64,000 bases of DNA, taken from positions 38,812,001-38,876,000 of the forward strand of contig OX597830.1 in assembly GCA_951406725.2 (NCBI GenBank), written 5' to 3'. Position 1 is the first letter of the stretch; every line of letters begins with the position of its first letter. Position numbers and translations under genes: made by a program. Of this stretch, positions 27,330-41,660 are shown piece by piece. The notes beneath the pieces are model-generated. The model worked only from the letters and a program-made list of their open reading frames with translations, ran no database searches and was not told where the DNA came from. The stretch comes from Octopus vulgaris. Taxonomy: Eukaryota.

Positions 27330-28056
27330 GAAACGCATTTATCTGAGTTTATATCTCCCACAACTTCCACCTGCTCTGATTGACAATTGCTCCAAATTGC
27401 ACCCCCAGATCATCGCAGAATAGCTGTTGTGCTTCATTCCCCGCTGCAATCTTTTCACGTCATACTCTTGATCACAGTCTCCAGACCCAAAACATTGACA
27501 GGAAATACAGCAAACCTGGACTCATCAGAGTATATAATTGTGTCCTAAAATGCTAGTGGTCTCTCCATCATCTCACTGGTCCAATTATTTGTACGCTTGA
27601 TGTTGGTTGGTCGAAGAGGTGGCGTCCTTCTTTCTGCTCTCCCATAGTAATCGAGTTTGTGCAGATACCTGATACCTGTTCTGGAACTGATATCATCTTG
27701 TTCTGCTATGTCAGAGGCCTTGCAACGAGGATTATCCTCCACTCTTCTCTTAACGAAGAGAAGGGCAATGTCAGAGGGCCCTGGTTGATCTGCGCGAGGT
27801 TACGTGGACTCTTTTCCCTCTCTGATGAATTTCACAATCACTCTATAAACTGTAGAAAGCATGATACCTTCGGAATGACCCACAATATGACCTCTTTGAA
27901 ATTCAGACAATTCTTTTGTACACGGCATGATTAAAGAGTTACATATAGAGCCTGAAACATAAAAATGTCAATTAATAAAAAATATAAACCATTACAGGTT
28001 AGCATAAACATAAAGCAATTTTTATGGGGTATCTATTTAATTATATCATAACTCTG
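27330..28056 (-). mobile_element. Tc1-like transposon relic
   Basis: HTH-Tc5-like SSRTGIRYLHKLDYYGR...PPL, then DTIIYSDESRF (first catalytic D); terminus TA|CAG at 28056-58. Confidence 0.7.
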
Positions 28057-28239
28057 TACATGTATCCATTCCCCACCAAGGCGCTAAAAACTGGTAAAAA
28101 CACAGCAGAAGCACAATTGCTCTTCTTTCGTAATTCTACTGAAATTCATGCAATTGGTCTGAATGAATTCAATCATGAACATGTCATTTATTGCATAATA
28201 TTTACTGTCTCATACATCTTATGAGCAATAAATGAAATC

Positions 28240-28732
28240 AAGAACTATGCTCCAGAAAGGTCTGATAGATTCTCTGCTAGTAACCTGTAGGAATGCACAC
28301 ACCGACTTGTATCACATGTAACAAACCTCTGGAGAAATTCTTTAGACTCAGGCTATGTACCAGAACAGTCTTATCCAAATCTTCTACCCCAGTCTTCAAA
28401 AATACAAGCAAGTATGTTGCAATTAACTATCGTCCATTCTCATTCGTTCCCATATTATCAAAGTGCTTGAAAGCTTGAAGAAATCAAGGTTAACTGCAGA
28501 GCCACAACCTTCTTAATTCCATCCATCATGGTTTTCACTGTGGCAGGCACTGTCTGACACAGCTCCTATATCATATCCATGATGTCCTTAAAGCTTTGGA
28601 AGCTGGTTGAAACTCTGATAACATGCATCTTGACTTCACACAAAGCGTTTGACATATTCATCTACAATATCCCCCTGTTAAAATTGTCCACTATTGGAAT
28701 CCAGTATACATACATACATATATATATACATA

Positions 28733-28792
<60 letters not shown>

Positions 28793-29100
28793 AGACATAT
28801 CAAACGTCATCAAACGCAGCAAAATAAAAAAAATATTCGCAGATGACTCCAATATCCGAAATGCTTACCTGAAATGAAATCCAAAATATGGGAAAAACTG
28901 GAACTCGCAGTTTGGAAAATATATGCGCTCAAACAACCAAGTTCTCTTCCTTCAGGTGAACTACTTGGAACATCCCATAATTTAAGAGGCTTAGGATTAA
29001 TTATTGACAACACGCTGGGCCGGAGTGCTCACATTAATAACAATGTCGATATAGCTCGCAGAATGGGCTCCTGAATCCTCAGAAATTTTCGATCCAGAGA
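28240..29100 (+). mobile_element. CR1/L2-like LINE RT fragments interrupted by (TA)n
   Basis: PVFK...NYRPFSFVPILSK, HGF...CLTQL, LDF-x-KAFD-like, and NLRGLGLIIDNTLG.SAHINN. Confidence 0.65.
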
Positions 29101-30511
29101 GCAGGAAGTCGTTCTGTATCTGCCTTAGGGTGGTGCATTCTATGCACTGTCAACAGTTTTCGTATTTTTTTGTCAATATTACATATTTCAGTAATTGACC
29201 AGTTAACGATATTGAAACTGTAAGTCACGGCTGGTATGGCTAATGCATTGATCGCTTCGTTCCTGTTTCTCGCATTCAACTCTGTCTTGAGTATTGCTCT
29301 TACTCTGCGATAACATTCTCTCCTGATCCTTTCCTTCATCTCTGAATGCCTTATTCCGTCTCCTTCACTTACACCTAGATACTTGTAGTACTCCGCTGGG
29401 TCTAATTCTTTTATGACATTCTGCTGGTCAAGGTTAACGTTAGCTGTTTCTGTCATTTTTCCTTTGATAAAGGTAGCTTTTGCACATTTATCGAGGCCAA
29501 ATTGCATTCTGATGTCATCACTGAATTGTTTGACAATCGCTAGTAAGCCCTTGAGTTGTTGGTCATTTTTTGCAAAGAGCTTTAAATCATCTTTGTAAAT
29601 GAGATGATTTATATTTTTATCAAACATTTTATATCCGTACTGCGCGTCATTGAGCAGTTTTGAGAGAGGTATTCAGGCTAAACAGAAGAGGAATGGTGAT
29701 AGTGAGTCACCCTGGAAAATCACCAGCATTTAGAGATTCATTGTCACTGTTCAAAGTTAATGTGGTTCTCCATGATCTCATACTTACAGACAAAAAGTTT
29801 CGCAGAGTAGGTGCTATCTTATACATTTCTAGGGATTTCTTAATCCAGCTATGTGGTAGGCTATCAAAAACCTTTTTATAGTCTATCCAGGCTATTGATA
29901 AGTTTTTGTGTCGTTTGTGACAATCTTCTAAGATCATCTTATTGATGAGTAGTTGATCTTTACAACCGTAGGATCCACGTTTACATCCTTTCTGTTCATT
30001 AGGGAATATGCTACTGTCTGTCAAAAAACCTATAGGTATATTCCGTCAGGACAGATGTTAGTGTTTTATACACAGTTGTTAAGCAGGTTATGGGTCTATA
30101 GCTTTTTAGTTCATTTGCTTCTTCACTTTTTTGGAAGCAGAATATTAACCCATTACCTAGCCATGGAGGCATCCTACTAGAGTGTTGCAAAACATCATTG
30201 TAAAGTTCTGTTAGCAGTTCATGGCTCTTTGGAAAGGCATTCAACCAGAAGTTAGGGATTTTATCCTTTCCTGGAGACTTCCATTTGCTTGACCTCCTGA
30301 GAGCAGATCTTATATCTTCTACCTTGACACCCTCCCACTTTTGCTTTTCTAAGGAGTCCAGTTCTTTAGATATTCTATCAATCCAAGGGGGCCTTTTTGC
30401 TGTGTGTTTTTTCTTCTGCCCAAATTTTATTCCCAAATCCCTGCACTTCTTTTGATTGTACAGACTTTACAGTAACTGGTGTTTTCCTACCTTCCTGTAA
30501 AAATTTTTGGG

Positions 30512-30512
<1 letters not shown>
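29100..30512 (-). mobile_element. R4/Dong-type LINE RT region, frameshifted
   Basis: [73 protein letters not shown]; abuts (TAA)n at 30513-30584. Confidence 0.9.
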
Positions 30513-30571
<59 letters not shown>

Positions 30572-30819
30572 GTTATTATTATTATGCATATGTAAAACTG
30601 GAAGTTGATTTGAAAACGCAATTCATGTGTCCATTGTTTCATATTTGCTTGACTTGTACACGAGACATCTTACACTGAAATCAATATAGGCAGCTAACTA
30701 GAAGACAAAGAATCATTAATACTAAGTTAAGGTTTTCAAACAGTACCACGTCTGTTGTAAAATTCAATTGATTTATCAAAGTAGACTAAATGTGTGTGTG
30801 TTCTATTATTTTATTCTTT

Positions 30820-31090
30820 ATTTGTGACAGTTATTTGATTGCGGCCATGCTAGAGCAAGTCTAGTACTTATTCTATTGGATCTCGTTTGCCGAGCCGCTA
30901 ACTTACCAACATCGGTTGTCAAGCGATGGTAGAGAGGAAACACAGTTTCCGTCTAGCGAATCCACTCACAAGGATTTGGTCCGCCTGGGTCTATAGTAGA
31001 AGACACTTGCCCAAGGTGTCACGGAGTGGGACTGAACCCGGAACCATTTGCTTGGTAAGCAGGCTACTTACCACACAGCCACTCCTGTGT
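30820..31090 (-). mobile_element. tRNA-derived SINE (family A), internally deleted
   Basis: Reverse complement of the family A head and tail. Confidence 0.75.
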
Positions 31091-31137
31091 CTCTCAATCT
31101 CTGTCTGTCTGTATGTATGTCTGTCTGTCTCTCTCTC

Positions 31138-31168
<31 letters not shown>

Positions 31169-31214
31169 ATGTGTGTGTATCGAAACATGGGTGTCGATGC
31201 ATGTATATACATGC

Positions 31215-31291
<77 letters not shown>

Positions 31292-31961
31292 CATCGACAT
31301 CCATGTTTCTCTACTTCTTGCTGTTTTATTTCTGGACTTCAGTACACATATTTCTTCACTGATGCGGCGGATATTTTGTCCTTTCTTTTTTCCTTCTACG
31401 CAATTACTATATGATTCAGTAGATTTGGCTTCAAGGAAATCAAAGATTCACATTTTTTTTTGTAATTGTTTTCTCCTTCAATTTTCTTTTAAAACAATCA
31501 TTTTTTTTTCATTTGTACCTACAATGAAGATAGCCATACTAAAATAAGAGATTTCTCTATGTAGAACACGCTTTGAACGAATCAAAATATCTTATAGCGT
31601 TGATCAGGCATGAGTATAATTTGTTTCGGTATCCACATGGCATACTTCTAGAAATTCATTCATTTCATGCATTCACTTGGATATAGATCTGCACGAAATA
31701 AAAGAGTTTTCTTCAAGAAACTTCTATAAAGTTTTATAAAATGATAAAACCCGCCTCAAGCATGATGTACGAAAATAGAAATTGGAGTAAGCGGGAAATA
31801 TTTCTGAATGAATAAGAACTGATTTAAAATTTCTGATTTCGCATGAGTAGAGCACCCTCTAAGAAGTGAACTCCGAAACGATTATTTAAATGTCATCCTA
31901 AAATCCTATCTGCCCTATACATTTTAATATTGAAATGTTCATAAAGAAAAAGAGTGCAAGC

Positions 31962-32303
31962 CTTTCTAAATATATTTCGATTTACGGGTATTTAACGTGA
32001 ACATAATTTCTTTGTCTAAGACCGGTTATATATATATATCAATAATAAATAACATCAGGGAAATAAAGATTTAAGAAATTTTTACTACCTATATTTATTT
32101 TTCTTTTCCTTCGAGGTTTTATCCCATGTAGTGGTTTGGACTTTAGCTCTTTCTTCTGGCGTGCAAGTAATCCTATGACAGATACCTCTTATGTGTTCAA
32201 ATGTACACTGTATTTATATGAATAATTTATTTTGTCTATTGACTAATTTTTCTACACTCTAAGCCACAGGTAGTGAAAATTTCTAAAAATCTTTATTACC
32301 CTG

Positions 32304-32365
<62 letters not shown>

Positions 32366-32626
32366 TCTATCTATATATACTCGTTACCGTAGTTCAATTA
32401 GATCTGTGTAGTTATATCGTGTAACATTTTCTGGTAATTTATTTCACATTTCTATCAAACACAATGGAAAATTACCTTCAAATTGATTAGTGACACTGCC
32501 TGTGTTATTATTTTTGATACTATAGAACACGTCTTATTATTGATAAAAATCTGAAGCAAATTACCAGAAAATGTTACACTATATATCAACAGTATATATC
32601 TGTAAATCGAAATATATTTAGAAAGC
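31962..32626. mobile_element. Foldback/MITE with a second MITE nested inside
   Basis: Outer IR CTTTCTAAATATATTTCGATTTAC / GTAAATCGAAATATATTTAGAAAG; further IR GTGTAACATTTTCTGGTAATTT (32419-) / AAATTACCAGAAAATGTTACAC (-32579). Confidence 0.6.
32051..32308. mobile_element. MITE with ~40-bp TIRs in a (TA)n context
   Basis: AACATCAGGGAAATAAAGATTTAAGAAATTTTTACTACCT vs reverse complement of the right end AATATCAGGGTAATAAAGATTTTTAGAAATTTTCACTACCT. Confidence 0.7.
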
Positions 32627-33580
32627 CCTTAAGATATCCGCTCTTGAGCAATTGAGACAATACATTATATTAAATATGAAGTCCACAATATTTACGAAAG
32701 GCAGATATATATGTATGTAAGCAACTGGACAGTAATATTGTGAAGAAAAATGAAAAAACAATAAAGTTGTAAGAGCAAAAGTAGTTAACTGCAGAACCTA
32801 AAAATATATACCTAAAAAAGCAGAATCAGAGAATTTTACATTGACGATAAATACGCCGATAGAATAAACAGAAGCAATTCACACGTTTCGTGTGATACCA
32901 TTTTCTAAGAGAAGAAAACGTATTCAGTTATAGAATGAAATACAATATGTGATATTAAATTTACGAGGTTTGTTTAAATTTCATACGTATACTTAATATG
33001 TTGTATACAATAAATATATATACTAATATATATTTATGCATACACATATGCGTACATATATTTATGCATACACATGGGCATATACAAGAAAGCAAGCGCA
33101 CACAAACACGCATACAAAAGCGCGCGCGTTTATATAATGTAAAGAAGCGAACTAGAGGACCGCTGTAACGGTTCAGGGAAAATTTGAAGAAATGCTTTAG
33201 GCTGTATCCAGCTCTTGAACATTTATTCTGTTGTCTCTTTAAGCAAACATAAATGTGTTAAATAAGTCTATGATATATTTCTCTTCAAGGTGTCACTTAC
33301 TAAATTTCTCTTGTCACAAGAAGTCTAATTACAAGAAACCTATTAAGTTAACAAAACGTCTCATGTCTCAGAAAGTAGGATAATGGATATAACGCTATTC
33401 AAGTCCACAGCGAGTGGGATATAATGATTTTTCCGTCGTCGGACATAGAGTGAATTATAATACATTGGTAACAACTCGCTTAGATGCCACCTTAAGTAGC
33501 CTAGAAGTCATGCCATTTGAAATCTCAGTGGTCCTCCAGTCACATTATAAATCTCAATGCCTATCGTTTCACACATACAC

Positions 33581-33639
<59 letters not shown>

Positions 33640-33691
33640 TATATACGCGTATGTGTGTGTGCGAGTATATATATGTATATATATATATATA

Positions 33692-34060
33692 TCTCTCTAT
33701 ATAAACGGCAGTTTGTCTGTGCGTGTTTCTGTGTGTCTGTTTGCTTGTACCCTCACCCTGACCACGGCTTTCAACCGATTCTGATGAAACTTGACACACA
33801 CATAGCCCAATGTCATAATTCAAAACTAACGCAGCGAAAATTTTGAAAAGTTCCCCCAGTTCTGAAAAAAATCGATAAATTCGACATGGGGTCGAGAATC
33901 AGAAACACAAACCGCAAACTGTCTAGGGGACGCAACTCCACCTTTTTTAACTAAAAAAAAATTTACCATCATTTTTTGCTATTTTTGGGCTATAACTCTC
34001 TAAAAATGCTTTATAGTTATTTCCCTTACAAACCTGAGCAACGCCGGGCGATACTGCTAG
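33692..34060 (+). mobile_element. Non-autonomous Helitron
   Basis: A|TC start, 3' hairpin CCTGAGCAACGCCGGG, CTAG|T end, inserted in (TA)n. Confidence 0.8.
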
Positions 34061-34122
34061 TTTATATATACATATGTATGTTTATATATATGTATATATA
34101 TATACATATATGTATATATGTA

Positions 34123-34178
<56 letters not shown>

Positions 34179-34710
34179 TATATATATATGTATGTATATT
34201 AATCAAATAATTATCATTTGTATCTTTGTACCGTTACAAACGTCTGGATGTCTCGTCAACATATATTCCGTAAGTGAATAGTCGTAAGTAAATTTCATTT
34301 CTTTTAAATCGTGTAATATTTCAATTATAATATAGAATATTCATTTCAAACCATTGGAATACTTTATACATCAAATACGGCTGCACGATGATTTGAGTGA
34401 TACGTGTAAAAGTAACATTCCAACATACCTAACTAATTAGTAATTTTATAGAAGAGTAATGATCCTACTGGAAATCTAGAAATAATTCCAATTTCCAATC
34501 GAATGAGGAATAAGTGTCATGACTTCAATTTGGTAACAATATATTTCAGATCGGAAGATATGTAACGCATTTTATTTTCCCTCATTTCCTATAATGTTGT
34601 AAATTATTTACAGTTTTGAAACGAGAAAAATATATTAAACAATATATCATGTAGTTAATTTATTCTGTTTATTAGGTATCGCAATTGCAGCCAATATCCT
34701 ATAACTGCAA

Positions 34711-34924
34711 GGCGGCGAGCTGGCAAAAACTTTAATACGCTGGGCGAAATGCTTAGCTGTATTTCGTCAGCCGTTACGTTCTGAGTTCAAATTCCACCGC
34801 GGTCGACTTTGCTTTTCATCCTTTCGGGGACGATAAATTAAGTACCAGTTGCGTAGTGGTGGCGATCTACTCGACTGGCCCCGTGCCCCAAAATTTCGGT
34901 TTTGTGCCTAGAGTAGAAAAGAAT
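34711..34924 (+). mobile_element. Nin/Deu-type SINE monomer
   Basis: GGCGGCGAGCTGGCA head, TTTCATCCTTTCGGG..GATAAATTAAGTACCAG core, TSD-like TAT(A/C)ACTGCA. Confidence 0.85.
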
Positions 34925-35379
34925 GTTATCACTGCAGGCTTGAATTCGTTCTGATAATTTTGGATAAACTTAATCTAAAAGATATTAACTATCCATAGAT
35001 ATCAAACGCTATATCCAGAATGGAAAAACGGAAATATATCTCCTAAAGTTACAGTATCGTCATTGCTTTTAATGTAGGAGACTTCGTTTTCCAATTACAT
35101 CTATCATATTGCTTGAGATACCCATCATTACATTTCCAAAACATTTATAGCAGAGGTAAAGTAAAATTGATTCAAGTAGGTTTGAAACACTGCCTCGATA
35201 TTATCCTGAAGCTACTACTGAAATCAGTATTACATTATTGCGGGGAAACTCTAGGCAGAAGCAATGTTGAATTTTTATCATCATTTTGAATTGTAATTTG
35301 TACGTTGTTTTCGCTAACATTTTTCTCTCTTTGGGTGTCAATTTACAGCATATATCAGAGAAAATCGTCTTCCAACATT

Positions 35380-36110
35380 GTTTGCAATTGTCGTTTTGAG
35401 AATGTAGGTAAGTGTATATAGGATATCACTACAATAAGAATTTTAGAATCTCTTGATACATACTTCACAGCGGCGAATTCATTTCTCATCGTATACGACA
35501 CTGATATCCGCCGCTCCCAAGCTGACAGAATGTAGCATGCTAGTAGCTCATTATAGCCATTAAAAGCTTTGGATATCACATTGTGTGCTTTGGAAAATAT
35601 ATCATTCTTGGTTCCAGGTACAGAGAAATAGCTGAAATATAATCTAAACATTAACGTTTTTATATAAATAATTATTTTCCTCACCTCAATTGAATTAGAT
35701 AGCGGACTGTAATCTATTGACAGCCAGTATTTAAACGATTGTAATGCAACCAAAATTGAATGACTATTTGAATCGAAAGATATGTAACAAATAACTATTT
35801 CTAACATACGCACAATTCCTGAAATCAGGAGCTACTCCCTGCATCTACAATTATTTGACCAATTGCTTAAAACTCCAGCTGGGACTCAAGTCGGTGTATA
35901 ATTAGAATGACCGGCAGTGTAACGAATCAAAATTTCTTATACATCAAAACCTTAACCTGCTCTAATCTACATAATTGTCATTTCTGAAATGATAACTGAT
36001 ATTCTTTGTTCTCCTAAGCGCTATACTCCTACAACTTCCATGCTTCATATGAAGCATGCACTGTCACCATAGGCGGTAACATCAAGACCATTCAAAATTG
36101 GGATCATATC
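35380..36110 (-). mobile_element. Highly decayed LINE RT remnant (CR1-like)
   Basis: DIFSKAHNVIS resembles DFSKAFD; otherwise degenerate. Confidence 0.3.
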
Positions 36111-38371
36111 AATCTTCATTCTGCCAATAACAAAAATCAGTCACTACACATATGTATAAAACGATATTGTGTATTTTAAGCACTAAAATATAAACACCAT
36201 AAAGAACTAGAATTGCCAAGAAGACTACAAATGCTTCATAAATTTACTTAAGATTTTTCCGAGCGAACAGAAAACCTTCAACACAGCAAGGTATAACAAA
36301 AACTGATCGTTGTTTAAAAGCCAAGAAAATACATTAACTTTCCCGCCGCTACCACTTCTGCAAATACCGAAAAATCTTTCACGGTGTTACGGTGAGATAT
36401 ACCTGAGAGTACTGCATAATATGTACAAATCAAGGACCGTATGTAGCTATAGTGTATGCCATACAGCAGCATTTCACCTTTAAAATGATCATATGAGAAA
36501 CATGTTCCACTGCTATTCTGGACTATAATACATGTTTCAGTATTCACAAATTGATAAAACACAATATATTTATTGTTATACGGAAGACATAGTCGTTAAA
36601 TATTGTAGTACCTGTGACAAATATAGATTTTTTTCGGAAGAATTACTCGCCACAAATAAGGTCTGGTTACAAGTTTAGTTTAATATTTATTTTTCATATA
36701 AATATTTGTTTCCATCAATTACGAATTGACATCAGGTTAAATTTCTTGGAGATTTCCCCCTTCAGGAAAATATTTATGAACGCAGATATATCAAGGAACA
36801 TTGTACATTTCAACCAATGCATCAAGCTCTTGCTAACATTTTGAATTTATGTTTCTCAAATACGTTTTTATGACAGGGCAGATCTGAATAGGTTAAACGA
36901 AGTTCTCGTACTTATAATATATAAGTTATTATTCATATGCATTATATTTCTATACTGATAATTCATAGTTTCTGCAGATAATATAGTTTTATTTTGCTAA
37001 CATTGTTCTTATATTCCTTGCAATGCTAACATTTTGATTTATTGCTTAGAGTGTTGAGGTCGGAAATGAAAATATAATTCATTCTCATGATTCCAACTGT
37101 AGTTCCTCTCAACTAAATCGATTTTACTTGGGAATTTAGTTACCTTATATGTTAGTCAAGATCCATTCTGCATGATCTAGTCTCTCTTTCCTTTCTCCTT
37201 AATCGTGAATTTGTACAAATGACTGCTAAATAAAGTGGGTCTGTATTTCATCCACAATATTTTGTTTGATAATTACTTTTATCCAATATACAACATAATG
37301 AAGCAACTGCTAATATACAATGATTTATAGAATATTAAATTAGTATTCTGATGAGAAAAGAAGTTAAAAGTGTAGACATGTAAATTAATGACAGATGACT
37401 AGAAAAAAACTTTGATATTCCATAATATATAATACTAGAGAGACCCGTGATAATTCTGTTTCATAATTTGTTTTCATTTGTGCATAAACTTTTCGATCTT
37501 CACAATACTGTTTCATAATATCAATGAACTAGCTTCGTTTTTCGATTTTGTTCCAGAGTTAAGTATTTTGGGGAAGCGTAAAATGAATTGCATGGCAAAC
37601 AGAATATCGTTATAGATATATGCAAAATAGTAAAATGTAGCTGAATATAACAGAGTACGTTCGGCTTTATAGTTGAAATAATTCTATCTCTCCGCCTTTT
37701 TTTCCTCACATTCATTTGTATTTAATTTTCAGGAAGATATAGAAATAATATTATGATTATATATTGATATATTTATATCGGATGATTATTTTTTATATTT
37801 TTACTTCGATAATCATAATATACTTCCGTACGATTTTATAATATATTTCTGAAGAATATATGTCATTTTACTTAAGATAAATCGATGTGTAAATATATCC
37901 TTTGAAACTTGCATTTTTAACAATATTTACTTTATCAAATCCTCAAGATTAAATCTGTATTTATATTAATCCATTGAGAATACTTGTAAGAACGCCACCT
38001 GCAACTTATTGATAGTGCAAGTAAACTATTTCATATTTTACTTTGTTGATAAACCCAATGGAAAACAAAGTGATACACCAAAGCATTTAGAATAATGGCG
38101 TCCTAATTCCACTTGGTTTGGAGAATATTTTCTTGCTGTATTTGTTCGAGAAAAAATTATAACTTACGTTGCGGAATGCAATATTATTGTGCTGAATAAT
38201 GAGTTCTCTATAACATAATCATGAATTTTTATACGTATTACAGTTACAGTGCTTTGGGTCTTTCTGCAGCTAGGCATCAACATATACAGCTTTTAATAAT
38301 CTTGAGTTAAGTAGATGGAATTTAGGAGATGAAAACTATGTTCAAGCCCAATCTTGTCACAGTAATACATA

Positions 38372-38378
38372 TGTGTGT

Positions 38379-38453
<75 letters not shown>

Positions 38454-38462
38454 TGTGTGTGT
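38372..38462. repeat. (TG)n microsatellite
   Basis: direct observation. Confidence 0.95.
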
Positions 38463-39834
38463 CTGTGCGGATCTGTGTATAAGTGTTACAGAATCTTTTT
38501 TTTTAATTTCTTTCAAAATGAGAAATACAATATGTGGGTTGCAGAAGAATATGTAGGGATGTGTGGAATTCAATTTGAAGAGCATTCAGATATTTGAAAA
38601 GAGGCAGGACAATTACTCAGGAGGGAATTTTAGCATATTCTGTTGGTTTGCGGTAAGCGTAGATGAGAATGGTGCGTGACTCGGTAACAAAATCCTCAAA
38701 TCGGAACATTGTTTCCGACGGTTGTGTCAAAGTAAGCTCCATTAAAGGCAACTAAGTGTCAGTTGGTGGTGTTAAACCGAGAAGCGCCATCTGCCTACTA
38801 CGCGCGTACAACAAATGACAAGGCGTTCTGCACCTTATTGAAATAATTATTTATAATAGAGGTAAAACAGTGGGTGATAATTTCACATAATCATTTCCTG
38901 ACAGTGGAGATTCCTGACAGATTAATCTCCTTCAATTTAGCGTCGTACATTTTGTTGTTGCGGCTCTTATTGTGGTTATTGTTACTTATGCTTGTGATTT
39001 TGAGGTGAATTTCATAGCCAGTGTATCTCTTTCCATTCATTCATATTTAGCCAAGTAGAAACACAGATATTGTGGTAAGCTTAAAAGCTCCAATCGATGT
39101 GTAATAGTCTGTCCATGTCCGAGAGCCACTTTCTATTATAAGCGAAATATCCATTCACTTTCAACGTAGCTTTATAATTTTCAACAAAAGCATTAGAAAT
39201 CACTATATCAGACATTGTTGTCGTCAAATGTTAAGAATTGTTATTCAAGGATTTAGAAAGCATGATTCAATGTATATTGTAATATACACTAAACATGTTA
39301 TCAAAACATATAAAATATGTTTTGAAATATCTTATACATATATATATATATATATGTAAGAATTCAGATATAAACTCAAATTAGGCAATCATACTCATAC
39401 ATTTATTAATTCGACTTAAAATACGTATACATATATCAATATATATGGACACATATGAATATTTTAAAAAATATATCAGAATTTTTTGCGTAAGGAGGTG
39501 AGAGAAAAAGAGGACTGATAAAAAAGGACTGAGACTATGTTTTTGTACTGAAATTAAGTTTCAAATAAAAGGTCCATAGAGTTCAGTGTGTTCGTTTTAA
39601 ATATAAATGGTATATAAGGTATATAATACAAGTATGTAATAACATATATATATATATATACGATTTTTGTTCTGTAACATTTGAAACAAAATAACATTTA
39701 CTACATTTATATACCTTTGTCTAAAGCTATTTTTGTAAACATAGAAATGTGTCAAAAATATTGCATAAAACTTGAACCAAGCTTCATCAAGAATGCGAAT
39801 GTAAAGTGCATCGCTGATTTGGATAAAGCTTTAA

Positions 39835-40045
39835 GGCAGTGAGCTGGTAGAACCATTGGCAATCTGAACAAAATGCTTAGTGGTATTTCGTCCATCTTTA
39901 TGTTCTGGGTTCAAATTCCTCTGAAAGGGACTCTTCATCCTTTCCTGATTGATGAAATAAGTAGACGTTGAGCACGGTGGACGATTTCATCGATTTAGTC
40001 CCTCCCTTGGAATTGCAGGCCTTCGGACAAAATTTAAAATCGATA
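39835..40045 (+). mobile_element. Degenerate Nin/Deu-type SINE
   Basis: GGCAGTGAGCTGGTAGAA head, GGGTTCAAATTCC B box, TSD-like TAAAGCTTT. Confidence 0.65.
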
Positions 40046-40739
40046 TTAGGTAAAGCTTTTTAAAAGATTTGATCTCTTGACTGAACGGATGTAATATAGT
40101 ATTATTATATGAATACTGAATATTTGAAGAATTTGATGATGAATATATATATATATATATAGAAGTGCTTCAAGCTCCCTTGAAATTTTACTCTCCCTTG
40201 GATACCCGTTGGAGGGTTTTAGTCAAATAAATTGTCCGAAGTACTTAGTCGGCCGTTTTGCCGACGATCGCGTCTGCCAAATCGCAATTTACGGGGACAT
40301 AAAAAAACCGGTAACAGTTGCCAAGCGGTGGAGCGACATACGCAAACAAAGAGACACACGTATGTATGTCTATATGTGTGTGTGCGTGTGTGTGTACATA
40401 AATATACATATACATGTATAGATATATGTATATATACATGCATATATATATATGCCTATATATATAACAATGAGGTATAGTAGACATATGTATGTGTGTA
40501 TGTACGTATGTATCTCTGTGTTATGTATATATATACGTATGTATATATGTGTGTCTGTGAGTGTTTCTTTGAGATGGACACCAGAAAAGTCACTTACCCG
40601 CTCTCCTTAAAGCTATGTATTCCTCACACCCACATTTCTTCCCTTCCCCGGAGTTTTAAAATTTAGTAATATGTATGTGCATATGTGTGTGTATATGTAT
40701 ATGTTTGCATGTATCTATGTATTTACGAAAGTATGTATG

Positions 40740-41083
40740 AGCGTTACGTGTAAATGACAGCTGTATTAATATTACCAACCACTGTCACTCCATATTTGTC
40801 GCTCACACAACACTGTTCTTCCCTCCACTAATGTCAGCCACATGCTCTATGCCACCGCATTCCCCTCACGCTAACACTTTTGCTTCCTTCTTTGTTCATC
40901 AAATCATATCCCAACCCCGTAGGGGGCCCATTATAGATTTTTATTTAAAACAAGTTATCCTATAATTGAACTAGTTGTTAGTTATACATGTATGCAAAGT
41001 TTCGTCAAGATTGCTTCATTAGTGTAGACAGCAAGATGGTAACAGAGAAAATCACAGACAGAAATTGCCATTTATGTATAAGA
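40740..41083 (-). mobile_element. Helitron-like 5' fragment
   Basis: Minus start ATCTTATACATAAATGGCAATTTCTGTCTGTG resembles the 33692 element start; ACGAAACTTTGCATACA motif. Confidence 0.45.
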
Positions 41084-41602
41084 TATATTCGACGGGCTCA
41101 TTTTACATTCCGTATGCCAAATCCACTTAGAAAGCTGGAGTACAGGTCTATCCCAGTACATGAACGCAAGTGCTCCACTGATACTTAATTTGTCGAATTT
41201 GAAAAGAGGAATTGCACGTTGAACATAATGTCGGAATATATGCCGCTCAGCATTTTGTCGTATAGATCGAATAGAAAACAATTTACCGTTGTGGTACCGC
41301 AAAATGTTTAATTGCACATCAGAAAGAGCTAGTATTCGCATAAGTCTTGTAACAGATCTTTTCATAACCAGCTTACTGACAACATTAACGACACGTTCTT
41401 AGATATTTCTGGAGATCGCTTAGAAATATGAAAATATCTTAAATTACTGGTCAGCATAAAGTTTCAATGTTGCGTGATTGAAGTAGTTAAATATTTATTT
41501 TTCAGGGATATTGCGTTAAATAACTATATATGTGTGGAGCGGTGACTATATATTTAACACACATATACATACACACACACTCACACATACAGACATACAA
41601 AT

Positions 41603-41660
<58 letters not shown>

